This document shows positions 32,503 through 43,401 of a stretch of DNA of 64,000 bases, piece by piece. Location: assembly GCA_000004985.1 (NCBI GenBank), contig GG738893.1; one strand, written 5' to 3'. The translations under genes and the position numbers were made by a program. The stretch's first letter is position 1; every line of letters starts with the position of its first letter. The notes under the pieces were generated by a model. It was not told the DNA's origin, ran no database searches, and saw only the letters and a program-made list of their open reading frames with translations. This DNA comes from Naegleria gruberi (Eukaryota).

Positions 32503-33849
32503 TTACAGAGTTTTGAGAACTTGTTGCTTGATGTTGTTAAAATCAAGAAGACATTCTTCAAAAGCACAAATAAATTCCATTGATTCTTCTTCATCAATTC
32601 TATCTACAAGTCTATCAACTTTTCTTACGACGTACTTTACCTTAGAAATGTCTTCATCACATAACAATTCATTGGCAATTATTCTCAGATCTTGAGCTTC
32701 TTGATGAAGGTTAGAAATGAGACCGATTAATCCCAATTCTTCACAATATACCTTTCTGAAATCTTCCAAGGAAACAAGTGGATCTTCAATGGTATAGAAT
32801 GGATAGGATCCAACTCTGTGCTTCTTGAATAGTAATTTGAATAAGTTTGATTGGCCAGTTGGAATCAAAACTCCCAAAGTCTTGTTATTAATTTTGTTGT
32901 GATACTCCAACCAGAATCTTAAATTAACATTCAGTTTAAGAATTTTAGGGAAGGAAGTGAGGAGATTTTGAACCACTGAAGTATGTACTTGGTCTCTAAT
33001 TGTAATTTCAATGATTTGTTTCAAATTCTCCAATTTTCCAATAACCAGGTTGTAACATTCGCATTCAATTTCTTCAAGATTTGGCCAGTTTTGGATAATA
33101 TAAGAAAAGGCCTCTGTAACATTATAACATGGATACACGATGCACATTTTGGTGACTGAATTGTAATTATTTGAAACATATGTGTTGTGTTTCAAATCTA
33201 AAACTAATCTCATACTATCGAATGAATGAAACAAATGAGAATAGTTCTTCATCCATTTGAGATTCATTATTGAAGAGATTGCAAGCCCTGTTACTTTCTG
33301 AACTGCATCAATGTCATTTTCTCTTCCGGTCAACTGCAGTAATTCTTTAGCAGAAACACTCATTGGAAATTTCTTGATCAAAGAGAATGAATGATGAGGA
33401 ATTACACATTCATGTAAAAATTGAATCAATTCTTTCAATGAAAAGCTTTCCTTCAACCCTTGGAAGAAAACTCCATTCTCTCCTCCTTCAAAAAGTTTAC
33501 AATACTCTTCATCTGGCAATGCAGTTCTTCCACCAAGATGGGAGATCAAATGATCAAGGAGAGTTTTATACTGGCTATCGGTGGAATTGATTATTTGACT
33601 TGAAACTTCTTGCTTTTCATTTGTGACCGATTCTATGATTTGTTCTTCTTCACGTTTCAATTCAGCTTCTTCATTTGTACTGTTCTCTTCCAGTTGTTGT
33701 TGCTTTCCATCTTCCTCGATTAACAATTCAGTAGTTTCTTGTTTGATTTCTTCCCGCTTTGGGGACACTAAACCAGATTGATACAACTTGAATAATAACA
33801 GGAAAAGACGAGGATCTTGAGCAATCTTGTAGAGATGGTCTGTAGCCAT
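32503..33849 (-). CDS. Hypothetical 448-aa protein (start MATDHLYKIAQDPRLFLLLFKLYQSGL), acidic/coiled N-terminal region and a leucine-rich helical-repeat-like C-terminal part
   Basis: Single minus-strand ORF. The ATG at 33849 is preferred over the ORF-track start at 33876. No family was recognised by eye. Confidence 0.5.
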   Translation of the reverse strand: MATDHLYKIAQDPRLFLLLFKLYQSGLVSPKREEIKQETTELLIEEDGKQQQLEENSTNEEAELKREEEQIIESVTNEKQEVSSQIINSTDSQYKTLLDHLISHLGGRTALPDEEYCKLFEGGENGVFFQGLKESFSLKELIQFLHECVIPHHSFSLIKKFPMSVSAKELLQLTGRENDIDAVQKVTGLAISSIMNLKWMKNYSHLFHSFDSMRLVLDLKHNTYVSNNYNSVTKMCIVYPCYNVTEAFSYIIQNWPNLEEIECECYNLVIGKLENLKQIIEITIRDQVHTSVVQNLLTSFPKILKLNVNLRFWLEYHNKINNKTLGVLIPTGQSNLFKLLFKKHRVGSYPFYTIEDPLVSLEDFRKVYCEELGLIGLISNLHQEAQDLRIIANELLCDEDISKVKYVVRKVDRLVDRIDEEESMEFICAFEECLLDFNNIKQQVLKTL

Positions 33850-34369
33850 TTTTTTATGTTTTGATTGGATTTGCATTGTTTGCTTGTGCAGTTATGAATT
33901 GCTTTTGGTGAACAATGTGATATTCACAAAAGTTTGCTTCACGTTTCAAACTTGTTTTCGTTTTTGCTTTGTACGTGAATTCTGCAGTTATTTATAGAAA
34001 ATCGTATGATTCGTTTACTATAATTCAAGGACAAATTTTGCTCATCCATACTGCATGACAAAACCACAGTAATTTTGAGTGGCATTTTTGCAAGCGACTG
34101 TTGTGTTTATCTTCACTGTTGAATATTCATTCAAGGATTCTAAGGCGAAATCTGCCAACACTAATCTACAGTTCTATCTTTTGAAGAAGTTATTGTCCAA
34201 AAATACCAAAAAGAAACAATTCTTAATATTCAAAGGTCGTCATCAGTTGAAGAACTTTCGTCTAGTTTGTTGGATAGGGAACGAATTCTGTACAAGGTTT
34301 CCAAATAGGTAATCTTGGCATTTTTCTGCGACTCTTCATTAAAAAAATTGTTAACAACTGCCACCTGTC

Positions 34370-35711
34370 ATGTCTGCAATACAAGAGTCAATAGCTACCG
34401 CAAGAAAGGAAGCACAAGACCTTCACGAACAAATTAAAAACACTAGGAAGAAAACCAATGACTGTAGTAGTATGTATTCTAAAGTTTACTTTGGATTTTA
34501 ACAATTCACTAGTTCGGGATATGGATGTGAAAGAAGTTGCTCCATTAAAAATCAGAGAACGTAGAGTACTCAAAGGACACACAGCAAAGATATATAGTTT
34601 GGCATGGGCCAAGGATTCTACGCACTTGTTGAGTGCCAGTCAAGATGGTAAATTACTGGTAAGTAGAGGTTTTATTGATTTTCAGTTTATTGTTGTTGTT
34701 ATTGTTATTATTGTTGCAATATAATTAGATTTGGGATGCAGTGAAGAATTTAAAGGTTCACGCCATTCCATTGCGATCTCATTGGGTTATGTGTTGTGAT
34801 TATAGTCCGTCAGGTAATGCTGTTGCAGCTGGTGGTTTGGATAATATTTGCTCAATTTGTTAGTATTTTTGAATATTTGAACGTTGATCTAATTATTATT
34901 CTATTGCTATTTAATGACTGTTTTATTATTGCTGATAATGAATATTGATGATTGGATATTATGGATAATTTTGGATAATAATTATTATAATACTACTATA
35001 ATTATTGGATTTGTTAAACAAATAGATACAATTTCATCATTAACTCAAGCTCAAAGTATAAATGATATTAAACCACATAGAGAATTATCTGGACATTCTG
35101 GATATTTGAGTAGTTGTAAATTCTTGAATGATAGACACATTTTATCTAGCTCAGGAGATTCTACTTGTATATTGTGGGATACTGAGATGGGACATCCAAT
35201 CAGTCGTTTTGAGGAACATACTGGTGATTGTATGTCCATTTCAATTTCACCAACAGGAGAGAATAATTTATTTATCAGTGGAGCTTGTGACGGAAACTCA
35301 AAGTTGTGGGATATTCGTATGAATAAGTGTGTTGCCACATTCACTGGACATGAAGGTGATATCAATTCAGTTCAATTTTTCCCTAATGGAAATGCCTTTG
35401 CCACTGGTTCTGATGATTGTACTTGTAGATTGTTCGACCTTCGTGCTTCACGTGAGGTTATGACCTATTCAGATGATAATGTCAGAGAAGGTGTCACTAG
35501 TATTAGTTTCAGCAAATCTGGACGTGTTTTATTTGCTGCCTATGAGTACAAGAAAGTTATTGCTTGGGATACTTTGAAAGGTAAGCCACTCCAAGTACTT
35601 GAAGGTCTTCCAAATGGTCACGATAATCGTGTCAGTTGTTTGGCTGTTTCTCCTGATGGCCACTCACTTGCCACAGGTTCATGGGACATGACTCTCAAGA
35701 TTTTTGCTTAA
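34370..35711 (+). CDS. GNB: Heterotrimeric G-protein beta subunit (7-bladed WD40), 4 exons join(34370..34469,34513..34658,34729..34858,35026..35711)
   Basis: Splicing reconstructs [31 protein letters not shown]...[31 protein letters not shown]|[43 protein letters not shown]|YTISS...[15 protein letters not shown]...[17 protein letters not shown]...[31 protein letters not shown], collinear with GNB1. Introns are 43, 70 and 167 nt (GTATGT, GTAAGT, GTTAGT). The exact intron-1 donor (GTATGT versus an upstream GTAGTA) is ambiguous. Confidence 0.9.
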
Positions 35712-36079
35712 ATTATTTACACACCCCAACAATATTTAATCTTCATTCACACCAACATTAATTTTGTAAATTTCTAGCCCTAAAATATCTAGATATTTTC
35801 ATAACACACGCTCAATAATTGTCAATATAAATTCACTAATTTTCAAAAATGTTCACTAATTTTACTGTAAAGTTTTACAATTATTTCTCCCCTCATCATC
35901 ACCATGTTCATATTATCAATGGCTGTCATGGTTCAATAACAATTCAATTATTTGAAGTGCATCAATAGGTGCGGTTGATGCTGAAAGAAGAATCAGTTAA
36001 ACTGTTTTATTTGGCGCCACATTTGTAATTATCTTCTCTTGCCGCCAAAATAATAATCTGTAAAATAAAATTAAAAAAA

Positions 36080-38335
36080 ATGTCTTTTAATCCAAGAGGA
36101 AGCAACAAGGAGTACTCTTTCATGTCTACTACTGCTCCATCTGTAGATAGAAAGCTTCCATTCCTTCCAGGCTATACATTCGACGACAAATTCATTAAGG
36201 ATAGACATCATAAGGGACAATTATTAGCATACAAAAATAATATTCCTGTTGTACATGATTACGATGTCCCTGTTGAAGTGGATGAACTTCAAACAGAAAC
36301 CGAAAAGCTGGCTGAAATGCTCAAATCCACCACTCAACTTTATAAAACCTCTGTAACCAATAATGATACAACTAAAAAAGAAAATTGGTTGTCTTTGGAA
36401 AAGAAGGTCCTCAGATTCAATGCTTTTTTCAAGGAAGGTGTTCATGAAAGTGCTGTTGAACAAAGTAGGGTTAGAAAATGTGTAATTTTCTACTACCTCG
36501 AAGATGATACAATGCACATCAGTGAACCAAAGCAAGATAACTCTGGTATTCCTCAAGGTACTTTGGTCAAGAGACATCGTATTCCAAGAGATAGAGCTTC
36601 GGGAAGTTCAAATGTTTACTATACAATGGACGATCTTAACATTGGAAGAGAAGTTACAATTTACGGAAAGACATTCAGAATTGTTGATTGCGACTCTTTC
36701 ACAAGAGAATTCTATAATGGTATTGGTGTTGAAGTTCCAGAACCAGAGCTTTACCCTGGCGATCAATATACTGATTTGAGAGATACTATTAAAAAGTCAA
36801 TGAATCCTTACAAGTCCTTAAATCCAATGGACCAAGATCTTAAGAAGTATATGGAATATTCATTCAAGGGTATGCGTACCACACCATCAAAGCAAGAAAA
36901 AGTTGCTGTACAAAAATTCCTTGCATTTGATAGACAAGTATTGCGTTTCTTCTGTTACTGGGATGACTCTGAAAAGTTGTATGGTGATAAGAGATTCTTC
37001 ATTTTGGAATACTACCTTTCAGATGACACCATGATGATTACTGAAGTTTACCCAGCCAACTCTGGTTATGATCCATTCCCAGTCTTTTTGAAGAGACAAA
37101 AGGTTCCAAGAGTTAAAAGCTCTGCTGTTGAACCAACTACATGTTATGATGAAACAGATCTTGCTATTGGAAAGCGTGTTGTTGTTTTCTCAAAGAACTT
37201 TTTGCTCTATGATTGTGATGAATTCACCAGAGACTTCTTTGCCAGAAAGTATGGCATTACCAGCATGACTCCAATTGAGGTGAAGGATGCTCCAAAGCCT
37301 GAAATTCAATATCAAGAACCACCATATAATGGATTTGGTGATGAAGAAGATTCTTTGGGTTCTTGGAAATACTTGGTTATTAAACCACCAAAGAAGGATG
37401 TAAAGAAGTATATTGAAAATGATCACAAGCTCTTTAGATACTCTGCAGTTTTACTTACTGACTGTCCAGAAGACAAGGGAAGAAAATTCATTCTCTCCTA
37501 TTACCTTTCTGATGACACTATTTCAGTATTCGAACCTGTACAAAGAAACAGCGGTATTCTTGGAGGAAAATTCCTTCAAAGATCCAAGATTAAGAATGAC
37601 AATGGTGATTTTATTAAGGCCCATGACACCTTTATTGGATCTGTTTTGAACATCAACAGCTACTTATTCTACTTGCAAGAAACTGATGAATATACTGTAA
37701 ACTATATGGAACAAAATGCTTCACAATTCCCTAAGGCAAACATTGAAACTATTTTGAATAAGATTAGAAAGGAAGTGATAAACCTTCCAGACTATAAGCT
37801 TAGAGATGCATTAGCTGAAACTGAAGGTCCAGGAAAGGTCGGAATGATGTCTTTAAGATCATTCTTTGATAGTTTAGGTATTAACATTGTCGAGCATGAA
37901 ATTATTACAATTTTGAGACATTTCAATGCAAAGGAAGATGGTGCAATTTCATATTCTGAATTCTTGAGTGCAATTACATCAGCTCCAACCATTGAAAAGA
38001 AGCAACAATCAATTCAAAAAACCCAAAAGAAAGTTATTGATGAAGATGTTTTTAAGGTTGCTCTTAAAGTTTTCAAGGAAAAGATTGGCACTAGAAGACT
38101 TCTTGTCCATGACTCTTTCAAGATTATTGCTGACAAGAGTGTTGATGGCTTGATTGGAGAGGTTGAATTCAAGCGAGCAGTTCAAGATGGTCTCAAACTT
38201 TCCTTATCAGATGAACATATCGAATCTTTAATTGATCACTTCTTCCCAGAAACTAAGCGTAGATTAACTTTAATAGAATTTATGAAGATTATTGAAGGTA
38301 CATCTACATACCTTTATGCTAAGCAAAATAAATAA
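36080..38335 (+). CDS. EFHC1: EFHC1/EFHC2 (Rib72-like) axonemal protein: three DM10 domains plus C-terminal EF-hand region; single exon
   Basis: Three DM10 units (VLRFNAFFKEG...VRKCVIFYYLEDDTMHISEPKQDNSGIPQG, VLRFFCYWDDSEKL...FFILEYYLSDDTMMITEVYPANSGY, LFRYSAVLLTD...KFILSYYLSDDTISVFEPVQRNSGILGG). The C-terminal EF-hand-like segment is NAKEDGAISYSEFLSAI. Confidence 0.85.
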   Translation: MSFNPRGSNKEYSFMSTTAPSVDRKLPFLPGYTFDDKFIKDRHHKGQLLAYKNNIPVVHDYDVPVEVDELQTETEKLAEMLKSTTQLYKTSVTNNDTTKKENWLSLEKKVLRFNAFFKEGVHESAVEQSRVRKCVIFYYLEDDTMHISEPKQDNSGIPQGTLVKRHRIPRDRASGSSNVYYTMDDLNIGREVTIYGKTFRIVDCDSFTREFYNGIGVEVPEPELYPGDQYTDLRDTIKKSMNPYKSLNPMDQDLKKYMEYSFKGMRTTPSKQEKVAVQKFLAFDRQVLRFFCYWDDSEKLYGDKRFFILEYYLSDDTMMITEVYPANSGYDPFPVFLKRQKVPRVKSSAVEPTTCYDETDLAIGKRVVVFSKNFLLYDCDEFTRDFFARKYGITSMTPIEVKDAPKPEIQYQEPPYNGFGDEEDSLGSWKYLVIKPPKKDVKKYIENDHKLFRYSAVLLTDCPEDKGRKFILSYYLSDDTISVFEPVQRNSGILGGKFLQRSKIKNDNGDFIKAHDTFIGSVLNINSYLFYLQETDEYTVNYMEQNASQFPKANIETILNKIRKEVINLPDYKLRDALAETEGPGKVGMMSLRSFFDSLGINIVEHEIITILRHFNAKEDGAISYSEFLSAITSAPTIEKKQQSIQKTQKKVIDEDVFKVALKVFKEKIGTRRLLVHDSFKIIADKSVDGLIGEVEFKRAVQDGLKLSLSDEHIESLIDHFFPETKRRLTLIEFMKIIEGTSTYLYAKQNK

Positions 38336-38450
38336 AATACCTAAATTTCCAAACTAGTGAGTGCACTTTACTGAAATGTCGACCAGTTTGTTTTCTCTTA
38401 ACACAACAAAAAGGCCAGTAATTTGGTTGATCAAACTTTTTGTTATTCTG

Positions 38451-38500
38451 NNNNNNNNNNNNNNNNNNNNNNNNNNNNNNNNNNNNNNNNNNNNNNNNNN
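38451..38500. other. Assembly gap (50 N)
   Basis: A run of N. The ORF-track entries 38319..38618 and 38361..38543 span it and are artefacts. Confidence 0.99.
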
Positions 38501-38614
38501 GTTCGACGTTGGTTTTAATACTTTTTTCCTCTATGCTTGTTGATGTGAGTTGGCTTCTTGTAAGTCCATAATCTAGAATGTAAGAGTATAAATCATATTT
38601 TGTAAAGGTATAGT

Positions 38615-39574
38615 TCATATCTTCTTTTTTGATTTCTCAAATAGTAGAGGCGAAATATAAAGTGAGTAGTCTTGAAGTAAAAATCCAATAAAATTAATTC
38701 CATTTCCAACAATCTCAATGCATTGAGGTAATTGATTATCGTTAAATAGTGACTTTTTCTTCTGAGTTTTAGGTTTTAATCCTAACAATAAATGAATATC
38801 CAATTTTGAGAAGTCCTGTTTTGACTTGAGAAATGAGAATGGTGTTTCTGGAACTTTGTTTTGAAATATCCAATCTCCTGCAAGTGTCTGAATAAATATA
38901 ATACCCGAGTCCAATGCTAATAACTTTGAAACTTTCTCCTTAACAGGTGATTTGTTTATAACAATTTCATGCTGTATTCTTTCAATACTATACAAATAAT
39001 TATTAGAAATACAATAGAATAATTTAAATCCAGCAAATACCTGTACAAATTGCTGTACCCTGAATTTTTCACTCTTTTCCTCATCCAAATAATCGACAAA
39101 ATAAATATTATGATTACTATCCATTTCAAAAGCAAACCTTCCATACGATGTAAAGAGAGTCGAAAATCCATTAAATGTGTGGACCTGAACCACATATTCA
39201 TCATCAATAAATCGATCCTCCTGTAGGAAATACGTAATAGGAGGTCGAATTGATGCTGATTCCCACTTTGATCGTTTCGGAGCCATCACTACCTTTGAAA
39301 AAACATCCACCTCTTCATAGATTGAATAGTAACAAGCTGATGGAATTAACTTTTCACTCATTGGGAGTGGTACTTTAATTTCAATACAATTCTCTACTAG
39401 TGGATGAACAAATTTCCTTGTATGTGGTCCAAACTCATCAAAAGGATCGGATCGAAAAGTTTCATCATGACATTGTATACTGGTAATTTTGTAAAATTTA
39501 TTACTTTCATGATTGGCATTGCCACCATCTTGATAAGGATAGGGAAATCTCTTCCCTTGATCATATTCATTCAT
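38615..39574 (-). CDS. Hypothetical 319-aa protein (MNEYDQGKRFPYPYQDGGNANHES...), no family recognised
   Basis: Single minus-strand ORF. It is divergently paired with the F-box/SPRY gene across a 122-bp intergenic region. A 50-N assembly gap lies about 115 bp beyond its 3' end, so the 3' UTR and terminator region are incomplete. Confidence 0.5.
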   Translation of the reverse strand: MNEYDQGKRFPYPYQDGGNANHESNKFYKITSIQCHDETFRSDPFDEFGPHTRKFVHPLVENCIEIKVPLPMSEKLIPSACYYSIYEEVDVFSKVVMAPKRSKWESASIRPPITYFLQEDRFIDDEYVVQVHTFNGFSTLFTSYGRFAFEMDSNHNIYFVDYLDEEKSEKFRVQQFVQVFAGFKLFYCISNNYLYSIERIQHEIVINKSPVKEKVSKLLALDSGIIFIQTLAGDWIFQNKVPETPFSFLKSKQDFSKLDIHLLLGLKPKTQKKKSLFNDNQLPQCIEIVGNGINFIGFLLQDYSLYISPLLFEKSKKKI

Positions 39575-39696
39575 TTTTTTGTATTATTGTAACAATTTAA
39601 TTATATTTAATTAAAATATATAATTAAATAATTAAAAATTACATTTTAGGCTTTTCAATTTCCAAGTTCTATTTTTACAAAAGTAATCAAAAAAAA

Positions 39697-41124
39697 ATGT
39701 CTTTGCATGATGATCATTGGGAGGAAATAATTCCTAACAATAATAACAATACTCATGATGATAAGAATGAAGGTTGGAATTCAATTCCTGACGAATTGTG
39801 GATTGAAATATTTTCGTTTCATTGTGATTCGTTCCGATCAGTGTTGATCGATATTCCATCTATATCTCGGAGGTTTTGCGATTTGATTTCTCCACCCAAG
39901 TTGGATCATTTGATGATGGCTTTTCAAAAGTGTCATGAACAACATCAGGATTTGAAGAATTCTTCTTCCTCTTCGGATGAAAGTAGTAATGGTAATGCTC
40001 CAACAGAGAAAGTTAGTGGTTGGAGAAAGTTTTTCAGTTTTGTAAAGAAGAAATCAAGTAATAATACTGTAAATGATGAGAAGAATGTTGATTTGGTTTC
40101 TCCTCCAATGGAAAATGTAAATTCTAACGAGGATGAAGTTCAGGAAATGATTAAGCAATTAGAAAAAGATTTTAAAGAAATGAGTTTGGAATGTGTAAAT
40201 ACGGGTGGTGATTTATTGTACAAAAGATTATTGGAATTACAAGAACTGATCGATTTTAAAGAGCTTGTTTTGAAACATGGCTCGTTCAGGTCGGCTTTTG
40301 TACAATCTGTCATTGACGGTATAAAATTGAATCCAGAGAAGTGTTTCAGAAGAGAAATGATCTATCACGCTTCACATATTTTTAAAACTGAAGAAGATTA
40401 TCATTCATTTATTAGTAGCCACGAAGGAGAAATAGAGATGCAGAAGCACCAATCAGAAAGTTGTGGAACAACCATATTGATGACCGATGATTACTCTAGC
40501 TCAAGTGCTGGTATCAATTTAATTTCAAATCCAATATTTTATGATACTGGCGTTAAATTTTACGAGTTTAGAGTGCACAAAAGTGGAAGATATGATAATT
40601 ATCTTATTGGTCTGTGCCTCACTGAGGTATTGGAATTGGATAGCATGTTAAAGAAGACATATGAGCAAACTGACAATTTATCTTCTAGATTTTTACTGGA
40701 AGAAGGGAAAACTTACGACCTCAAATATTATGATTATTTTGGTTCCTCTAATTCAATCGGTTGGGCCTATTATAATGAAGGATTGTCTGTTTACTTTAAT
40801 GGGGGATCTAATTATTCGGCACCCTCCTTCAGTTCCAAACTCTCATATCCATGCGACTATAAAGGTTGTGAGTATGTTTTGGGAATTTATTTAGATACTA
40901 AGAATATGAGATTAGTATTTGCAAAGAATGGAGCATTAAGTACTCATGGATATGATTTAAATGCATACTTTACAAAGCATCCAAAATTTATGCAAAAAAA
41001 GCTTGCTCTTTATCCATGTCTTTCTATGGGACACAAATTTGATGCTGTAACATTTGAGACACGAATTCCTCTGGCAACTATGGTCACCATTAGGAATTTG
41101 GTTAAATCAGTGAAATTCAATTAA
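39697..41124 (+). CDS. F-box-like / SPRY (B30.2) domain protein, 475 aa
   Basis: N-terminal IPDELWIEIFSFHCDSFRSVLIDIPSISRRFCDLI is F-box-like. The C-terminal half has SPRY hallmarks (VKFYEFRVHKSGRYDNYLIGLC..., SIGWAYYNEGLSVYFNGG, EYVLGIYLDTKNMRLVFAKNG). Confidence 0.65.
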   Translation: MSLHDDHWEEIIPNNNNNTHDDKNEGWNSIPDELWIEIFSFHCDSFRSVLIDIPSISRRFCDLISPPKLDHLMMAFQKCHEQHQDLKNSSSSSDESSNGNAPTEKVSGWRKFFSFVKKKSSNNTVNDEKNVDLVSPPMENVNSNEDEVQEMIKQLEKDFKEMSLECVNTGGDLLYKRLLELQELIDFKELVLKHGSFRSAFVQSVIDGIKLNPEKCFRREMIYHASHIFKTEEDYHSFISSHEGEIEMQKHQSESCGTTILMTDDYSSSSAGINLISNPIFYDTGVKFYEFRVHKSGRYDNYLIGLCLTEVLELDSMLKKTYEQTDNLSSRFLLEEGKTYDLKYYDYFGSSNSIGWAYYNEGLSVYFNGGSNYSAPSFSSKLSYPCDYKGCEYVLGIYLDTKNMRLVFAKNGALSTHGYDLNAYFTKHPKFMQKKLALYPCLSMGHKFDAVTFETRIPLATMVTIRNLVKSVKFN

Positions 41125-41550
41125 GAGTCTTTCCAACCATTTGTAAATTATTTCATTCTAAAGTTAAATAGACATTGAGCCTTTTTGAAACTGTTTTTCT
41201 TCTTAAACGATGCTATCTTCAGTGATGTCAAATACAAGATGTAGTCAAGGATCAAAGTTTGCAACAAACTCTTGATGGATTGGTTGCTGACTTTTCTTAT
41301 CTCCTCAGTGAGGAAGATATCTTTATTGATAATACTATTCACAAAGCTGCTATCAAGGTTGATGAAAGCAGGTGCCGAAGCTAGTGCTGCCACTGCAATT
41401 GAATTTTTAACTTTGAATCAAATTTCATTCCAAATCTATTCAGTTCTCTGTTGGTAAGGTGAACAAGTTGTAATTTAAATAAACCACTTTTTGTAAAAAA
41501 TATTATAAAGCCGTTTCTACCAAAATGAATTCTGAATGTTAATAATTTAT

Positions 41551-43168
41551 TTAGAGTTTTGAAGGTCTATTACTACCCAAGGCATCTGTCACTTCACGAA
41601 CGACTCTTTCAGCACTGACAATAGCACCTTCCATATAACCAATCCATGCTGTAGCTGTTTCAGTACCAGCAATAAACAATTTACGATTATACAATGGTTC
41701 TCTGTAGGCCATCTTGGTCATAGTCAAAGTACCTGGAGCAGTGATAGCACCATAACTTCCTCTAGTGTAAGGATCCATACCCCAATCCTTTTCAATATAA
41801 TCTACAAATTGTGATTTCCACTCTTCGACTGTACCACCAAGAGTTTCACTGTATTGTTTCATTAACAAGGCAACCTTCTTTTCCTTTGAGAATGTACTCC
41901 ATTCACAAGCTCTAGTGGCATAAACGAAACCACAAATACCAAAAATGAGATCATTCTTGTAACCAATATCATAAGTAAGAGTATGCCAATCTTCATCTTG
42001 GAGTGACAAAATGAAACCATTACTATTGTACTTGGTTCTCCAGAATGGTTGTTTAAATATTGTAAAGCACTTTACAGCATAACCCATAGGTGTTCTTTGA
42101 CAGAATTGATGTCTTTGAGATGGAACTGGTGGTTCGTATTGAATACCAAGGTGAGTCCATGGCAAATTAGTGGCAATAACCTTTTTGGCTTGGAAAACCT
42201 TTCCATTTTCACAAGTAACAGACATGGTTTCACCTTCATCCTTAATTTTAGTCACTGGATGCTTCAATAATACATTGAGCTTGTACTTGTCAACGAGTCC
42301 AGTAACAATACCATTAGTACCAAGGTAAACTTTGGCATCTTGGGCAGCATCTCTGACATTCATCAAATTATCAAAACTTCCAGCAGCAGCAATATACCAC
42401 AACATGAATAAAGTTGAAACTTCAGATGGATCAACAGCAAGAACAGTAATAACAAAGGTTCTGAAAAAGTCCTTAGCAACTTCAGTCTTGAACATTGAAT
42501 CCATAAAGGTTTGAACAGATTGTGAGTCATATTCCAAAGCCTTAGCACATTCACATGGTGCATCAACTGGAACAGTGTTAGCCATTTCTTCAATCTTCAT
42601 GATAGAACGTTGGAAATCCAACAAGACTTCTTCAGTAACATTCTTTGGATCAGATGGAATGCTTCCTGTATATTTGAGAATATTCTTCTTACCACCAATA
42701 CTTGGCATGACAAGGGATGAATTTCTATTTTCTTGTTCAAAGTATTGAGGAACCAATGACAAGTTAAGTTCCTTAATAAGAGACAAAACCTATTAAAATA
42801 GTTGCAATGAAATTGATAGATTAATTGATCATGATCAAAAATTCCTTACCTTTGGTTGAGGTGGTCCAACCCATTGTCCTATATTTTAATTCATCACATT
42901 GTGATCATCAAATATACATTTTAAATAATATATTATTTAAAAAACACAAACCTCCGATATCAATAACAACCTTTCCATTCAACAGGCTTTGAGAACGCAA
43001 TCTTCCTCCAATATAATCATTAGCCTCCAAAATTAAAACATTGGTAATATTATTTTGTTTCAACAACTTGGCAGCATTAACTCCGGCCATACCAGCACCA
43101 ATAACAATAACATCATACATTTTGCCTCCACAACATGGTGAAGATTCAACACAACTATTTTGAAGCAT
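41551..43168 (-). CDS. Flavin-containing amine oxidase (monoamine-oxidase-like), 3 exons complement(join(41551..42789,42850..42878,42952..43168)), including a 29-nt microexon
   Basis: FAD-binding DVIVIGAGMAGVNAAKLL...VLILEANDYIGGR...IDIGG|QWVGPPQPK|VLSLIKELNL aligns with MAO ([23 protein letters not shown]). The C-terminus FIAGTETATAWIGYMEGAIVSAERVVREV matches MAO [29 protein letters not shown]. Intron 1 (73 nt) uses a GTTTGT donor and intron 2 (60 nt) uses GTAAGG. An alternative in-frame Met (MYDVIVIG) lies at 43120. Confidence 0.8.
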
Positions 43169-43401
43169 TTTTTTTTAGTTGTGTTTTTCAAGATTTTTGT
43201 TTTGCACTTTTTTAGAACTCGCTCAAGAGTTGCTTCAGAGGTAAAATTTGGAAGTAAATAAAATTTTGAACTCAACTTTACAATGATGAATAAGGTTATA
43301 TTTGAGAAGGTCAACGAATATTTTAAAGGTCGCGCATTTAATGCACTTTAAGGCGAATTTTTATTTTATAGAGATATCCTTACAGGGATGATGCGGAATG
43401 C

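Noticed and set aside
38319-38618. ORFs 38319..38618 (-) and 38361..38543 (+) containing runs of X
   Set aside because: They span the 50-N assembly gap and are artefacts of translating N.
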